A stretch of 38,844 nt of DNA from Verrucomicrobiota bacterium (GCA_045046875.1 JASFYY010000013.1:1-38844), one strand, 5' to 3'; shown: positions 27,404 through 38,603, numbered from the stretch's first letter. Notes: a model not told the origin generated them from the sequence alone. Numbers and translations: made by a program.

Positions 27404-28114
27404 ATGGGCAGGGCATTTGAATATCGTCGGAAATCGAAGGAAAAACGTTGGGGCACCATGTCGCGGGTTTTTCCCAAGCTGGGCAAGGTGATCACCATGG
27501 CAGCCAAAGAGGGCGGTGCGGATCCGGAGAGCAACTCTAAACTGCGGGCGGCGATCCTAAATGCGCGTGGTCAGAACATGCCTAAGGATAATATCGATGC
27601 GGCGATCAAGAGGGCGAGCGGTAAGGATGCCAAGGATATTCTCGAAGTGAATTACGAAGGCAAAGGACCGCACGGGGTGTTGTTATTCATCGAGTGTGCG
27701 ACTGATAATACTAATCGTTCGGTAGCCAACGTGAAGACGTATTTTAACAAAAACGGCGGTGAAGTGGTCAATAACGGAGCTTTTGATTTTCTTTTTTCGC
27801 GTAAGGCGGTGATTGAAATGGAACAAACCGAAGGTGTTGATTTTGAAGAAGTCGAGTTGGAGTTGATCGATGCCGGACTGGAGGAATTTGAAGTGATCGA
27901 TGACAGAGCTTTTGCCTATGGTGACTACAAATCATTTGGTAGTCTCAGCGAAGCAGCGCAGACCCTGGGGGTGACTATTAAGAAGGCGAGTTTGCAGCGG
28001 ATCCCTAACTCGCCGGTCGAGTTCAGCGAAGCGCAATTGGAGGAAATTGAAAATCTGATCGACAAGCTGGAGGAGGATGAGGATGTGCAGGCGGTGTATA
28101 ACAACATCGCTTGA
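27404..28114 (+). CDS. yebC: YebC/PmpR family protein
   Basis: [30 protein letters not shown] and [10 protein letters not shown] motifs. Confidence 0.95.
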   Translation: MGRAFEYRRKSKEKRWGTMSRVFPKLGKVITMAAKEGGADPESNSKLRAAILNARGQNMPKDNIDAAIKRASGKDAKDILEVNYEGKGPHGVLLFIECATDNTNRSVANVKTYFNKNGGEVVNNGAFDFLFSRKAVIEMEQTEGVDFEEVELELIDAGLEEFEVIDDRAFAYGDYKSFGSLSEAAQTLGVTIKKASLQRIPNSPVEFSEAQLEEIENLIDKLEEDEDVQAVYNNIA

Positions 28115-28222
28115 TGAGTGTGGGGGATGTGGGGAAAGCGAAGAGTTATTTCACTCGAATGGACGTGAGTGAAGAAGGGGGTGGGATTTTTTTGAGTTGA
28201 GTTGCAGACAATCAGAAAAATA

Positions 28223-28265
28223 AAAAGGGTCTGGCCCCAGGCGGGACGAAAAGGGTCTGACTCCA
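28223..28265. repeat. Short direct repeat, GGGTCTGACCC-like motif
   Basis: AAAAGGGTCTGGCCCCA (28223-28239) and AAAAGGGTCTGACTCCA (28249-28265). Confidence 0.55.
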
Positions 28266-28290
28266 AGCGCCGAGCAGATCAGGCCGGGGT

Positions 28291-29040
28291 TTAGCTGGAA
28301 AGGTTCTGAGTTGAGTTGAGTTGTTCGTTTTGCTGATCCGAGATGAAAACGGCATTCACTCTGCCCGTTTGGGTATACACTGTGACGAGGGCGATGAAAT
28401 ATTGCAGGAGTAACAATAAGGCGAATGCTCCTGTGGCATCTTTTATGTAAAGCGGAATGCTGTAGATCAGAGATATTACGACGCCGGTGCAGAGTATAAA
28501 TACAATAATCAGGCCGATGGCGAATACGGGCAGGGTTATCAGTGCGAGTAGGATGTAAACCGTAATAAAGCTCGTCAGGTCACGGTCTTTTTTACGTAGA
28601 AATACGTAACGAAATAATTGACCCAGTCCAAGGACGGTGATGATGTAGAGGGTATAAAGGGCGCTGGCTTGGATGACGATTAATCCAAAAATACTCAGAG
28701 CGTCCACAAGTGATTGGGATCGGGTGAAGAAGATGATCAGGGCAAAATGAAGAAGTATCTCCAAGACTGCCTTCAATGCCGGAATTCGTTCCGATGGAAA
28801 GGTGTAAGGGAAATGAGAAAACATGCGAAAGATATAGAAACCGATGTTTGCAAGTAGTCCGATGAAAGCAAAATCCGTCCATGCGACGTCTAGCTGGAAA
28901 AGGCCGTCTTGCTGAATCTTGAACGCCGCGAGTCCGACAAATCCGGCGGGGAGAATGACGATCAGGAGGAATTGAACAAGGTAGAGAGTTTTGTTGAGTC
29001 CATCTCTTTGGGAAAATTTTGTCCGGGTATAACGTTTCAT
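28291..29040 (-). CDS. Hypothetical multi-pass membrane protein
   Basis: 249 aa with about six or seven hydrophobic segments; AT-richer than the backbone. Confidence 0.75.
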   Translation of the reverse strand: MKRYTRTKFSQRDGLNKTLYLVQFLLIVILPAGFVGLAAFKIQQDGLFQLDVAWTDFAFIGLLANIGFYIFRMFSHFPYTFPSERIPALKAVLEILLHFALIIFFTRSQSLVDALSIFGLIVIQASALYTLYIITVLGLGQLFRYVFLRKKDRDLTSFITVYILLALITLPVFAIGLIIVFILCTGVVISLIYSIPLYIKDATGAFALLLLLQYFIALVTVYTQTGRVNAVFISDQQNEQLNSTQNLSS

Positions 29041-29180
29041 AGACGGTTGTCATAGTAGGGTAGAAAAAGGTATCTGCCAGCAAATTGCTATAACAGGACC
29101 CGATACGAAGGCAGAAGAAACAATGAAGGTGTTGAAAGGTATTGTCTTATGCGCACTTCAAATTAAGATATGGCTTGAAA

Positions 29181-31619
29181 ATGAAAAATTATTCAGTGCC
29201 GCCTTTACCTAATTCCGGAGAAAAGACGAATGGTCAAGATGCGGCTTCAGGAGGAATGCTGGGAATGCTAGCCGCTTGTGTTGGAGGAGTAGCGATTCTC
29301 GCTTTAGCGGCTTCGATCTTCCTTTTGTATCAGGAAGAAAAAACGATGTCGGTGGCGAGTTTGGTGGTGGCGGGGCTTTCGGTTTTTGCTGGCTTGATTG
29401 CCATGGTTATGGGTTTTGTTGCGGTGTTGTCAGCAAAGAGGGGACGTCGAGCTTCGGCGATATTTGGCCTGACAACAGGGGTGATTGCGGTATTAGCCAT
29501 CATTGTGGTATCGGCATTGGGAGTGTTTCGTGAAATCGAGCAGAAGTTTCAAATCACCGAGCAAGGGATTGTGGTGGAAGCGCCCGACATGGCACCTCTG
29601 GTGATCAAGGAGCAGGCAAAGTCTGTGGACGATAATTATTACCTTTGGATGGGCTGGTTTGAGGAAAATCTGTTGAAGCCGATGGAGCCTCGCTTGCGGG
29701 GTAAGCCGTGGGAAAAAGAGGGGCGCGATGTGATGGATGCTTTTGTTTCGATTTGGTTGGGAAAGTGGGATATGCGCACTGAAGAGCAGTGGCAGATCAT
29801 GGCGGCGGATCTGTGGCGACTGGAGTGCGATGACCCTATGCTGCTCTACATGGTATCGAGATCTTGTGATGTCGGGGGATCAAAAAACGGTGTTTTGAGC
29901 CGGGCAACTAAAGAGTTGGGCAAATCTGATTTTAATCCGCTGTGGGCGTTCATGGCTCAGATCGAGAAGATGGCACGAGTGGACTATGGCAAAAAAGAAA
30001 AGCAGATGGAGGCGCTTGATGGCGAAGCTTTGCGGCGCTTGGAGAAAGCCTGCCAGGCAGGTTGTTTTGAGGGTGAGAACTTGTGGTTGCTGCATCAGTT
30101 GCTGAGAACGATGAGCGGGGAAAAGTTCAGCGAACGACAGGGTGACAAGATAGCTGCTGTGTTTAAGCGAACAGGGATGCCTCAGTGGACGGCGCATTGG
30201 ATGAAGGGGATCAAAGAGATTGAATTGGCATGGAAAAGCCGTGGCAGCTCTTATTCTAACAAGGTGACGGAGGCGGGTTGGAAGGGTTTTCGCGAACATT
30301 TGGTGATGGCGCGAGATGAATTAACCCAGGCTTGGGAGTTGGCGCCAGAGTTTCCTTTTGCTGCTGCGGAGATGATAAGGGTGAGCATGGGCAGCAGTGA
30401 CGACTCGTTGACAGAGATGCGCCTGTGGTTGGATCGGGCGATGCAGGCGCAAGTGGATTATCCCAGAGCGTTGAAATCTTATTTGTGGGGCATTCACCCA
30501 AGGTGGGGCGGCAGCACTAAGATGATGCGGCAGTTTGGAGATCATTGTCTAGAAAATGGTCAGTATGTGACAGCTTTGCCGGGTTTCTATCGAGATGTGA
30601 TAATCAGCTTGGCGAAGGAGTCGGACAATTTTGAAGCTTATTATCAACAGGACTGGGTCTATGAGAGCCTGATGGGGATGCATGAAGGACAGGCGAAGGC
30701 TTGTGTGGATGATGCGGGGAGGCATTACAATTGGACTGAAATGGCGGTATTGGCGTACCGGATGGAGGATTATGATGAATTAACCAGGGTCTGGAAAAAA
30801 CTAGCAGGACGACCATGGCGGAAGGCGTTAGATCGACACTGGAAGTTGGATCGCGAAGATTTCGCTTTTTGTGCTCAGATTGATCAATTCGATAGGCGGA
30901 TTAAGTCGGCACGGGTTTTCAGAGAGCAGAAGCTGTATGGCTCGGCGATTGACGAGTATGAGGTGTATTTGAGCCAAGAAGGGATTGGTGAAGATGAGCA
31001 GAAATTATTAAGAAAAAGGATAGCTCTTTTGAAGTTGGAGGAAAAATGGGATGCCGGGGATTGGGTGACCCTTTGGCCGACGGATTCCCCGGAATTGTGG
31101 CGGGCGGCGGAGGGCAGTTGGGAAAAACTTGAGAGCGGGGCATTGGAAGCAAGCTCGAAGAGCTTTCGTTATGCCATCGAGCATGCTTTGTATGTTGGTG
31201 AAAATTATGAAGTGGAAGCGAGCGTTGGGCCAGCAAAAGGAATTCCGAGTGCTGGAGGGCACGGGCTCTGGTTAAGTAAGCTTAGTTGGAGCGGAACTCA
31301 CTGGGACGCTCTGGTTTTTGGCTCGATGAATAAAAACCAGTTTTATGTAGGCGCACGGCGATGGCGTTACCGGACAGATTGGTTCAAAAAAATCAAACGC
31401 CATGAACCCCACCTTGTGAATCTAGAATGCCACGAGAATTTTTGGCAGGTTAGTGTGGATGGAAAAAAATTAAGCGACAAGGAAATCAAAATGGATGGTC
31501 ACCATAATGGGGAGCTAACACGATTGGCCTTGGGCGGGTATGTGGATCCTGACAAAGATACAAAGGTCGAGTATCAGAGTGTAAGGGTGAGGAAGTTGGA
31601 TCAGAGGGAGAAAAAATAG
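29181..31619 (+). CDS. Large membrane-anchored protein with a DUF4034-like helical region and a C-terminal beta domain
   Basis: Three N-terminal TM helices, AWKSRGSSYSNKVTEAGWKGFREHL and PRWGGS motifs, and a beta-rich C-terminus. Confidence 0.7.
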   Translation: MKNYSVPPLPNSGEKTNGQDAASGGMLGMLAACVGGVAILALAASIFLLYQEEKTMSVASLVVAGLSVFAGLIAMVMGFVAVLSAKRGRRASAIFGLTTGVIAVLAIIVVSALGVFREIEQKFQITEQGIVVEAPDMAPLVIKEQAKSVDDNYYLWMGWFEENLLKPMEPRLRGKPWEKEGRDVMDAFVSIWLGKWDMRTEEQWQIMAADLWRLECDDPMLLYMVSRSCDVGGSKNGVLSRATKELGKSDFNPLWAFMAQIEKMARVDYGKKEKQMEALDGEALRRLEKACQAGCFEGENLWLLHQLLRTMSGEKFSERQGDKIAAVFKRTGMPQWTAHWMKGIKEIELAWKSRGSSYSNKVTEAGWKGFREHLVMARDELTQAWELAPEFPFAAAEMIRVSMGSSDDSLTEMRLWLDRAMQAQVDYPRALKSYLWGIHPRWGGSTKMMRQFGDHCLENGQYVTALPGFYRDVIISLAKESDNFEAYYQQDWVYESLMGMHEGQAKACVDDAGRHYNWTEMAVLAYRMEDYDELTRVWKKLAGRPWRKALDRHWKLDREDFAFCAQIDQFDRRIKSARVFREQKLYGSAIDEYEVYLSQEGIGEDEQKLLRKRIALLKLEEKWDAGDWVTLWPTDSPELWRAAEGSWEKLESGALEASSKSFRYAIEHALYVGENYEVEASVGPAKGIPSAGGHGLWLSKLSWSGTHWDALVFGSMNKNQFYVGARRWRYRTDWFKKIKRHEPHLVNLECHENFWQVSVDGKKLSDKEIKMDGHHNGELTRLALGGYVDPDKDTKVEYQSVRVRKLDQREKK

Positions 31620-31749
31620 CAGGATTGATTATTTGCCTCCGGGTAAACTCTTCAGCTGGTCTAATCGCCGAGAGGGTATGTCGGGTAGGAAAACCCGCGC
31701 CCCTTTGTGAAGCAGTGGGCTGCTGGAACAGAGGATTGGAAATCTCAGT

Positions 31750-31786
31750 AAAAAAAGCGGCGCTTGTTGGTGAGAACAAGCGCCGC
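31750..31786 (-). terminator. Rho-independent terminator of nfeD-flotillin
   Basis: 12-bp perfect stem GCGGCGCTTGTT / AACAAGCGCCGC with a U7 tail on the minus strand. Confidence 0.88.
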
Positions 31787-31825
31787 GATTTCAGTAATTT
31801 GGCTTTGGCAAGCCATCAAGTTTGC

Positions 31826-33415
31826 TTAACCCAGTGGAGGTAAGTCTGGTGGTGTCTGGGATACTTCACCATTTTCCAAATGGATGACCTTTTCCGGACG
31901 TTTCCTTTTGGCAGCTTGTTTGGCCGGTGCCGGTGCTTGTCCGCCGGAATCATTTCCGCCGGCTTTAGGCTTAGCGGACTTTTTCACCACATCGGTGGTT
32001 TTTTCCAAAGATCCGAGATACTCGGGAAGCTTGACGCCTACGTTTTCAGTTAGCTCATGCAGGGGTGGAAGTGATTTGACCAAGCTGGAAACAAAGTCGG
32101 AAGTAGCGTTGCCGCCTTTTCCATCCTTGCCGCCATTGCCACTGTCCCAAACGGTGATCTTGTCGATCTTGAGGTTGGAGATGGCTTTGACCTGCTCGGC
32201 AACCAAGGCGGGCAGTTGTTCCATGATCATCATCAAGCTGGCGAAATCCGGATCGTTGCCGGCGGCGCTGTAGAGGTTCTTGATACCTTCCGCTTTCGCG
32301 TCCAGTTGAGCCTGGATACCTTCGGCTTCGACTTTCATCGCTTCGGCTTTGGCGACCAAGTTGGCTTTCACCCCATCAGCTTCCGCTTGTTTCACCAGGC
32401 GGATACCATCGGCTTCACCTCGGCGGGTTCGCCGCACCCGTTCCGCTTCGGCTTCAGCGAGGGTTTCAATTTTTTGTTTCTCAACCTCGGCAGGAACCAC
32501 GATGTTGGCATACTGGGTGGCTTTTTCGCGATTGGCACGTTCGCGTTCGGCTAGTTCTTCAGAGGAATAAGCCTCACGCAACGCGTCCGCTTGTTTGACT
32601 TGTTCGGCAGCAGAACCCTTACGTTCGGATTCGGCTTCGGCTTCACGACGCAGGGCGTTGGACTGGGCCACGGTCACGGCGGCGGTGTTTTCCCCTTCGA
32701 CGGCACCCGCGTGAGCGGCGGCCACTTGCACACGCTGGCTTTGCTCGGCGTTGGCTTTACCAATTTCACCATCACGGAGTTTTTCCGCTACTTTGACTTT
32801 GGCTTCGTTGATGGCATGGGCGGCAGCTTCTTTACCTAGCGCGTCGATGTATCCAGATTCATCTGTGATGTCCTGAATGTTGACGTTGATCAGACGCAGG
32901 CCGACTTTTTTCAGTTCGACTTCAACCCCGGAATAGATCTTTTCGATCAATTTGTCTCGGTCAGCGTTGATTTCCTCAATCGGCATGGTGGCGATCACCA
33001 CACGCATCTGACCGAAGATGATGTCTTTGGCGAGCTCTTGCACTCGACCAAGGTCCAGGCCGAGCAAACGTTCGGCAGCGTTTTCCATCACGCCCGTTTC
33101 GGTGGAGATACCAACGGTGAAGGTGGATGGGGTGTTGACGCGGATGTTCTGTTGCGATAGCGCGCCCTCGAGTCGAATGTCGATCGGAATCGGGGTCAGG
33201 TCGAGGTAGCTGAAGCTTTGTATAATTGGCCAGACAAAAGCGCCGCCGCCATGATAACAGCGCGCACTGCGCCCTTTGCCGCTGGTTTTACCGTAGATCA
33301 CCAGAACTTGGTCTGGCGGGCACTTTTTATAGCGCTTGATCATCGAATAGAGGGCGACAATGACGAACAATATAATGCCGCCGGGGAGAATGAGAGATAG
33401 GGTGGATGTGTCCAT
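31826..33415 (-). CDS. Flotillin / SPFH domain protein
   Basis: GGGAFVWPIIQ, INVNIQDITDESGYIDALG, AEA-rich coiled coil and KIDKITVWD motifs. Confidence 0.93.
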   Translation of the reverse strand: MDTSTLSLILPGGIILFVIVALYSMIKRYKKCPPDQVLVIYGKTSGKGRSARCYHGGGAFVWPIIQSFSYLDLTPIPIDIRLEGALSQQNIRVNTPSTFTVGISTETGVMENAAERLLGLDLGRVQELAKDIIFGQMRVVIATMPIEEINADRDKLIEKIYSGVEVELKKVGLRLINVNIQDITDESGYIDALGKEAAAHAINEAKVKVAEKLRDGEIGKANAEQSQRVQVAAAHAGAVEGENTAAVTVAQSNALRREAEAESERKGSAAEQVKQADALREAYSSEELAERERANREKATQYANIVVPAEVEKQKIETLAEAEAERVRRTRRGEADGIRLVKQAEADGVKANLVAKAEAMKVEAEGIQAQLDAKAEGIKNLYSAAGNDPDFASLMMIMEQLPALVAEQVKAISNLKIDKITVWDSGNGGKDGKGGNATSDFVSSLVKSLPPLHELTENVGVKLPEYLGSLEKTTDVVKKSAKPKAGGNDSGGQAPAPAKQAAKRKRPEKVIHLENGEVSQTPPDLPPLG

Positions 33416-33461
33416 AGTTAGTTTGAGTTAGGGGTTAATGTTAGGTTTGTTGTTAGAGTGA

Positions 33462-34043
33462 TCAAGAAAGAGGTTCTACCAGCAGTCCGTTTTCACCGAT
33501 GACGTCGACGACTTTGACTTTGCTGCCGTTTTCGAGTTTGTGTTCTCCTTTGTGGAAAGCTTCCATGACGGAGAGTCGTCCTTGCACCACGACTTCGATT
33601 TTTCCGGCTTGCTGTCCCCCGGCAGGTATGGGGAGATAGACGGTGCCGATCTGGTCGATGGCGTTGCGGTAGTTGATCGTGCCGTCTTGGCGCAGGCTGT
33701 TGATCAGGCGCATCAATCCGAAGAGTAAAAATAGCATGGCCGTTCCGGCGGCTATCGCGGCAAGAATAGTCAGGCCTATGCCGAGGCCGGATTGCAGGCA
33801 AAGGGCCCCCGTCCAGCCAAAAGCGAAGAGGAAACCCGTGATGCTACGGACTGAAAGGATGTGACCACCGCCATCATGGTCGAGGTCGAAGTCGGTATCC
33901 ATGTCCAGTGCACCGTCGCCGATACCTAGAACCATCAGTGCGGTTTGCATCAGCAGGATGCTGCCTGAGAAAATACCGAGTGCATAAAAAATCTGTAGAG
34001 TCAGATCCAGGCCTCCCCACCATTCTGTAAAGATGTTCATCAT
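33462..34043 (-). CDS. NfeD-like membrane protein
   Basis: TM helices plus a C-terminal OB-fold pattern (GTVYLPIP...GKIEV...VKVVDV...LLVEP), directly upstream of flotillin. Confidence 0.85.
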   Translation of the reverse strand: MMNIFTEWWGGLDLTLQIFYALGIFSGSILLMQTALMVLGIGDGALDMDTDFDLDHDGGGHILSVRSITGFLFAFGWTGALCLQSGLGIGLTILAAIAAGTAMLFLLFGLMRLINSLRQDGTINYRNAIDQIGTVYLPIPAGGQQAGKIEVVVQGRLSVMEAFHKGEHKLENGSKVKVVDVIGENGLLVEPLS

Positions 34044-34206
34044 TATAGTGTTTCCCTCTGTTTATGAGTTCGCTGACAGATTAGAGGGTAGTAGGGGAGA
34101 GTGCCATTATAAAAAAGCAAAGATTTTCTAATGGGTGTTTGATCCACTGCAATTGGCTGAAAAGGCGGCTTGCTTTGTTTTATGTCGCCCGCTAATCTGC
34201 TCATCG

Positions 34207-35454
34207 ATGAGAAGTTTGATTATTTTGGGAGGCTTGAAGTTCGGGGTGCTGTTGATCACTGCTGCCTTGACTGGCTGTGGAGGCGGTAAAAATGAATTCA
34301 AGCCGGCTCCGCCACCGGATGTGACGGTTCAGCAGCCGGAGCAGCGGGATGTGACGACTTATATGGAGTTTCCCGGACGTACGAGCCCGTATCGAACGGT
34401 TGAGATTCGTGCCCGCGTTAAGGGATTCCTGGAAAAAAGAGAATTTGAGCAGGGGCAGGCGGTGAAAAAGGGTGATCTGCTCTTCACCATCGAACCGGAA
34501 TCGTTCGAGGCTGCGGTTGAAGCATCCGAGGGTGATCTGGCAAGTGCTCAGGCGGCTTTACAAATTTCCACCACTGATCGGGCGATGAAGGAAAGAGCGG
34601 GGAAGACCAATGCGATTTCAAAATTGGATGTGGAAAAAGCACGGGCCAATGAAAAAGCAGCGGCAGCGGCAGTGAAGGTGGCGCAGGCGGCTTTGGACAA
34701 TGCCAAGATCGATCTGAGTTACACTAAGATCACCGCTCCAGAACCGGGCCGGACTTCGCGTGCTTTGGTGGACATTGGTAACCTGGTAGGGTCGGCAGAT
34801 GCCACTTTGCTGACGACGATCATCAATGACAGTGTCATTTATGCCTATTTTGAGGTGAACGAGCGCATTATTTTACCGTATTTGGGCAAGCGGGAAAAGG
34901 TCGCTGATGAAGAACCCAAAAAGGTGAAGAACCATGGCCATGTTCGCCTGCGCCTGGGCAATGGCGAAGAATACTCACAAGATGGGGTTATTGATTTTGT
35001 GGATAATACAGTGGATGCCAATACAGGTACAATTCAACTGCGTGGCAAGTTTGATAATAGCGGCGCCGAACTCGTTTCGGGGCTTTTTGTCAGGGTGATG
35101 ATTCCTGAGGAGGTTAAAGCAGCTATTCTGGTGCCGCGTCAGGCGATTCAACGGGACATGCAGGGAGATTTTGTGTTGGTGGTGAATGAGGAAAACATGG
35201 TGGAACGTAGAAATGTCACGGCCTCTGATGTGGTGGGTGAAACGAAGATTATCAAAAAAGGTCTGGAAGCTAACGAGCGGGTGGTGGTGCAGGGCTTGCA
35301 ACGGGCGAGGGAGGGGATTGAGGTGAATCCTAAGGAAGCAGCTGATTCTGATCAGAAAAAGGCAGCAGACGGGAAAGAAGATAAGAAACCGGATGAGGAG
35401 CAAAAAAAAGCTGAGCCAGAAAAGTCTCAGGCGCCTGGAGAAGAAGGAAAGTAA
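34207..35454 (+). CDS. RND efflux periplasmic adaptor subunit
   Basis: LTGC lipobox, VEIRARVKGFL, LSYTKITAP and FVDNTVDANTGTI motifs. Confidence 0.93.
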   Translation: MRSLIILGGLKFGVLLITAALTGCGGGKNEFKPAPPPDVTVQQPEQRDVTTYMEFPGRTSPYRTVEIRARVKGFLEKREFEQGQAVKKGDLLFTIEPESFEAAVEASEGDLASAQAALQISTTDRAMKERAGKTNAISKLDVEKARANEKAAAAAVKVAQAALDNAKIDLSYTKITAPEPGRTSRALVDIGNLVGSADATLLTTIINDSVIYAYFEVNERIILPYLGKREKVADEEPKKVKNHGHVRLRLGNGEEYSQDGVIDFVDNTVDANTGTIQLRGKFDNSGAELVSGLFVRVMIPEEVKAAILVPRQAIQRDMQGDFVLVVNEENMVERRNVTASDVVGETKIIKKGLEANERVVVQGLQRAREGIEVNPKEAADSDQKKAADGKEDKKPDEEQKKAEPEKSQAPGEEGK

Positions 35455-35486
35455 GATTCAAGTAAAGCTACCTACCCGATTTTTTC

Positions 35487-38400
35487 ATGTTCAGTTTGTT
35501 TTTCATTCAACGCCCTATTTTTGCTTCGGTCATTTCGATCCTGATAGTGATCGTAGGTCTAGTCGCTCTGGTTTCGTTGCCGATTGCCCGTTACCCGGAC
35601 CTTGCGCCGCCGACGATCACAGTGAGCGCCATTTATCCGGGGGCCAATGCGCAGACGGTGTCAGATACCGTTGCCACACCCATCGAGCAGGAGGTCAACG
35701 GGGTGGAAGGCATGATCTACATGTCGAGTGTGAATGCCAATGATGGCAGTATGACTTTGACGGTGACTTTCGAGCCAGGCACGGATTTGGATATTGCCAA
35801 TGTATTGGTGCAGAATCGAGTGTCGGTGGCGGAGGCTAAGTTGCCGGAAGAAGTCAAGCGTCAGGGGGTGACGGTGAGTAAAAAATCCACCGATGTGGTT
35901 TTGTACATGGGGATTTTTTCACCAGGAGGAGAGTATACTGACCAGTATCTAAGTAATTATGTTAACTTGCGCATTAAGGATGAGTTGGCCCGGGTGAAGG
36001 ATGTGGGTGATGTGATGGTGTATGGGGTGGGGGATTACAGCATGCGGATGTGGCTTGATCCTGATAAATTAAGGGCTTATTCTTTAGTTCCAGGGGATGT
36101 GGTTCAGGCGATTCGTGAGCAGAATGTGCAAGTGGCTGCAGGTAAGGTGGGTGCGTCTCCTGCGCCAAAAGGAACGGCTTTTGAGTATGTGATCAGCACA
36201 CGCGGTCGATTGGTCGAGGCTGAGGAATTTGCCGAGATTGTGGTCAAGACCAGCTCGGACGGCCGAGTCATTCGCTTCAAGGATATAGGCCGGGTCGAAT
36301 TGGGTTCGGATTCTTATAATTTCTTGTCTTTCATGGATGGACAGCCTTCGGCAACGATTGCTATTTACCAGATTCCCGGTTCCAACATGATTGCAGTGGA
36401 CGATGGAGTGAAAGCCAAGATGGAGGAATTGGCCAAAGGTTTTCCCAAGGGAATGGAGTACCGAATCATCAATGATTCGACTGATATTATCCACGCTTCC
36501 ATTGCCGAGGTGATGGAGACCTTGGCGATCACTCTGGTGCTGGTGATTTTCACCGTGTATATTTTCCTGCAAAATTTTCGCGCGACGATCGTGCCGGCTT
36601 TGACGATTCCGGTGGCGCTCATTGGGACCTTTGCCGCACTTGCTGCGCTTGGGTTTTCGATTAACCAGCTGACTTTGTTTGGCTTGGTTCTGGTGATCGG
36701 TATTGTGGTGGATGATGCGATCGTGGTAGTTGAGAATGCGACCCGGCATGTGGAGGACGGGTTGAGCCCCAAGGAGGCGACGAGCAAAGCCATGCTTGAG
36801 ATATCAGGGCCGGTGATTGCGACCACTCTGGTGTTATTAGCGGTTTTTGTGCCGACGATTTTTATGCCCGGTATCACGGGGATGTTGTTCAAGCAGTTTG
36901 CGGTGACGATTTCAGTGGCTACGGTTTTCAGCTCGATCAATGCGCTGACTCTCAGTCCGGCCATGTGCGGATTGCTGCTTCGCAAGCAGAAAAATGAGCC
37001 TCGCGGTTTTTTTAAGTTGTTCAATACGACCTTAGATAAAACCACTAATGGCTATTTGAATATTACACGCTTCGCTATTCGCAAAGCCTTTCTTGCAGTG
37101 CTGATTTTCATTGGTCTGACTTGGTTGGCAATGTCTGGCATGGGCAAGTTGCCGACCGGTTTTGTTCCGCAGGAAGATGAAGGTTACTGCCTAGTCAGTG
37201 TGATGTTGGCTGACGGGGCATCGATTCAACGAACCCAGGAAGTGTTGAAGGAGATGGATGGAGTCATGAACGAAGCGCCCGGAAAAAAACATTTCCTTAG
37301 TGTGGCGGGTTATTCATTGACGGATGGGGCGGCGAGTACCAATACGGCATTTTGTGTTTTTTCAATGACTCCGTGGGATGAGAGGACGACCAAGGAGTTG
37401 AGTTATAATGGGATAATGGGGCATCTGCAGGGCGAGTTTGACAAGATCCAGGGTGCGAAGATTCAGGTGTTGCCGGTGCCTTCCCTGCCTGGGATTGGTT
37501 TGACTGGTGGGTTTACGTTTATGTTGCAGGATCGTGGAGGATCCGGAATGGAGATGCTGCAAACCGTGGCTAGTGAAATCATTGTGGAAGGCAATTCCCA
37601 GTCAGGACTGAAGGGCTTGGGCACTCCTTTTCGCGCGAATGTGCCGCAGCTGTTTGTGGATATTGATCGTGAGCAAGTCATGAAAACCGGAACTTCGGTG
37701 CAGGCGGTGTTCGATACTCTGCAGATGTATCTTGGATCTGCCTACGTAAACGATTTCACACTCTTCGGTAGGGTGTTCAAAGTGTATGCTCAGGCGGATG
37801 GTGAGTATCGTGCGACGCCAGCTGATATCCAGCGACTGGAATTGAGAGGGGCTGAGGGCGAGATGATTCCGATTGGGTCGGTGGCGGAAGTGAAGGAGAT
37901 TCTCGGCCCGCAAACGATCACCCGCTTCAATTTGTATCCTGCGGTGAAGATTCTCGGTGGGGCAGCGGATGGATTCAGTTCCGGGCAGGCTTTGGGCATT
38001 ATGGAGGATATGGCGGTCAAAAAGTTGCCAGCTAGTATGGGTTACAACTGGTCGGAACTCTCCTATCAGGAAAAACAGGCGGGTGGCACCACCATGATTT
38101 TCGTTTTTGCGGTGGTACTGGTTTATCTGGTGCTGGCGGCTCAGTATGAAAGCTGGTCGCTACCGGTTTCCGTGGTGCTGTCGGTTCCGACGGCTCTGTT
38201 GGGTGCGGTGGCTGGCATGATGTTGCGGGGGATGGATAATGATGTGTATATGCAAATTGGTATTGTGCTGTTGATCGGACTGGCGACCAAGAGCGCGATT
38301 TTGATCGTGGAATTTGCCAAAGTGGAACGCGAGGAGGGTAAGAGCATCTTCGATGCGGCGATGAACGCCACCCGGCTGCGTTTCCGGGCGGTGTTGATGA

Positions 38401-38603
38401 CGGCGTTTTCTTTTATTCTCGGGGTGATTCCTTTGCTGGTTGCTTCTGGAGCTGGCTCGGCAAGTCGTCAAGTTCTCGGAACCACAGTGTTTTCCGGAAT
38501 GCTGGTGGCTACGGCTTTGAGTTTCACAACGGTTCCATTGTTCTATTACTTGATGCAGACGCTGTCCGAAAAGATGGGTGGCAAGAAGGATGAAAAATCC
38601 TGA
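35487..38603 (+). CDS. RND efflux permease (HAE1 family)
   Basis: FIQRPIFASV, GIVVDDAIVVVEN, KSAILIVEF and RFRAVLMT motifs; 1038 aa. Confidence 0.96.
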   Translation: MFSLFFIQRPIFASVISILIVIVGLVALVSLPIARYPDLAPPTITVSAIYPGANAQTVSDTVATPIEQEVNGVEGMIYMSSVNANDGSMTLTVTFEPGTDLDIANVLVQNRVSVAEAKLPEEVKRQGVTVSKKSTDVVLYMGIFSPGGEYTDQYLSNYVNLRIKDELARVKDVGDVMVYGVGDYSMRMWLDPDKLRAYSLVPGDVVQAIREQNVQVAAGKVGASPAPKGTAFEYVISTRGRLVEAEEFAEIVVKTSSDGRVIRFKDIGRVELGSDSYNFLSFMDGQPSATIAIYQIPGSNMIAVDDGVKAKMEELAKGFPKGMEYRIINDSTDIIHASIAEVMETLAITLVLVIFTVYIFLQNFRATIVPALTIPVALIGTFAALAALGFSINQLTLFGLVLVIGIVVDDAIVVVENATRHVEDGLSPKEATSKAMLEISGPVIATTLVLLAVFVPTIFMPGITGMLFKQFAVTISVATVFSSINALTLSPAMCGLLLRKQKNEPRGFFKLFNTTLDKTTNGYLNITRFAIRKAFLAVLIFIGLTWLAMSGMGKLPTGFVPQEDEGYCLVSVMLADGASIQRTQEVLKEMDGVMNEAPGKKHFLSVAGYSLTDGAASTNTAFCVFSMTPWDERTTKELSYNGIMGHLQGEFDKIQGAKIQVLPVPSLPGIGLTGGFTFMLQDRGGSGMEMLQTVASEIIVEGNSQSGLKGLGTPFRANVPQLFVDIDREQVMKTGTSVQAVFDTLQMYLGSAYVNDFTLFGRVFKVYAQADGEYRATPADIQRLELRGAEGEMIPIGSVAEVKEILGPQTITRFNLYPAVKILGGAADGFSSGQALGIMEDMAVKKLPASMGYNWSELSYQEKQAGGTTMIFVFAVVLVYLVLAAQYESWSLPVSVVLSVPTALLGAVAGMMLRGMDNDVYMQIGIVLLIGLATKSAILIVEFAKVEREEGKSIFDAAMNATRLRFRAVLMTAFSFILGVIPLLVASGAGSASRQVLGTTVFSGMLVATALSFTTVPLFYYLMQTLSEKMGGKKDEKS

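Noticed and set aside
34207..38603. RND pump lacking an outer-membrane factor as a novelty
   Set aside because: TolC-like partners are commonly encoded elsewhere, and the proton-relay motifs are ordinary.
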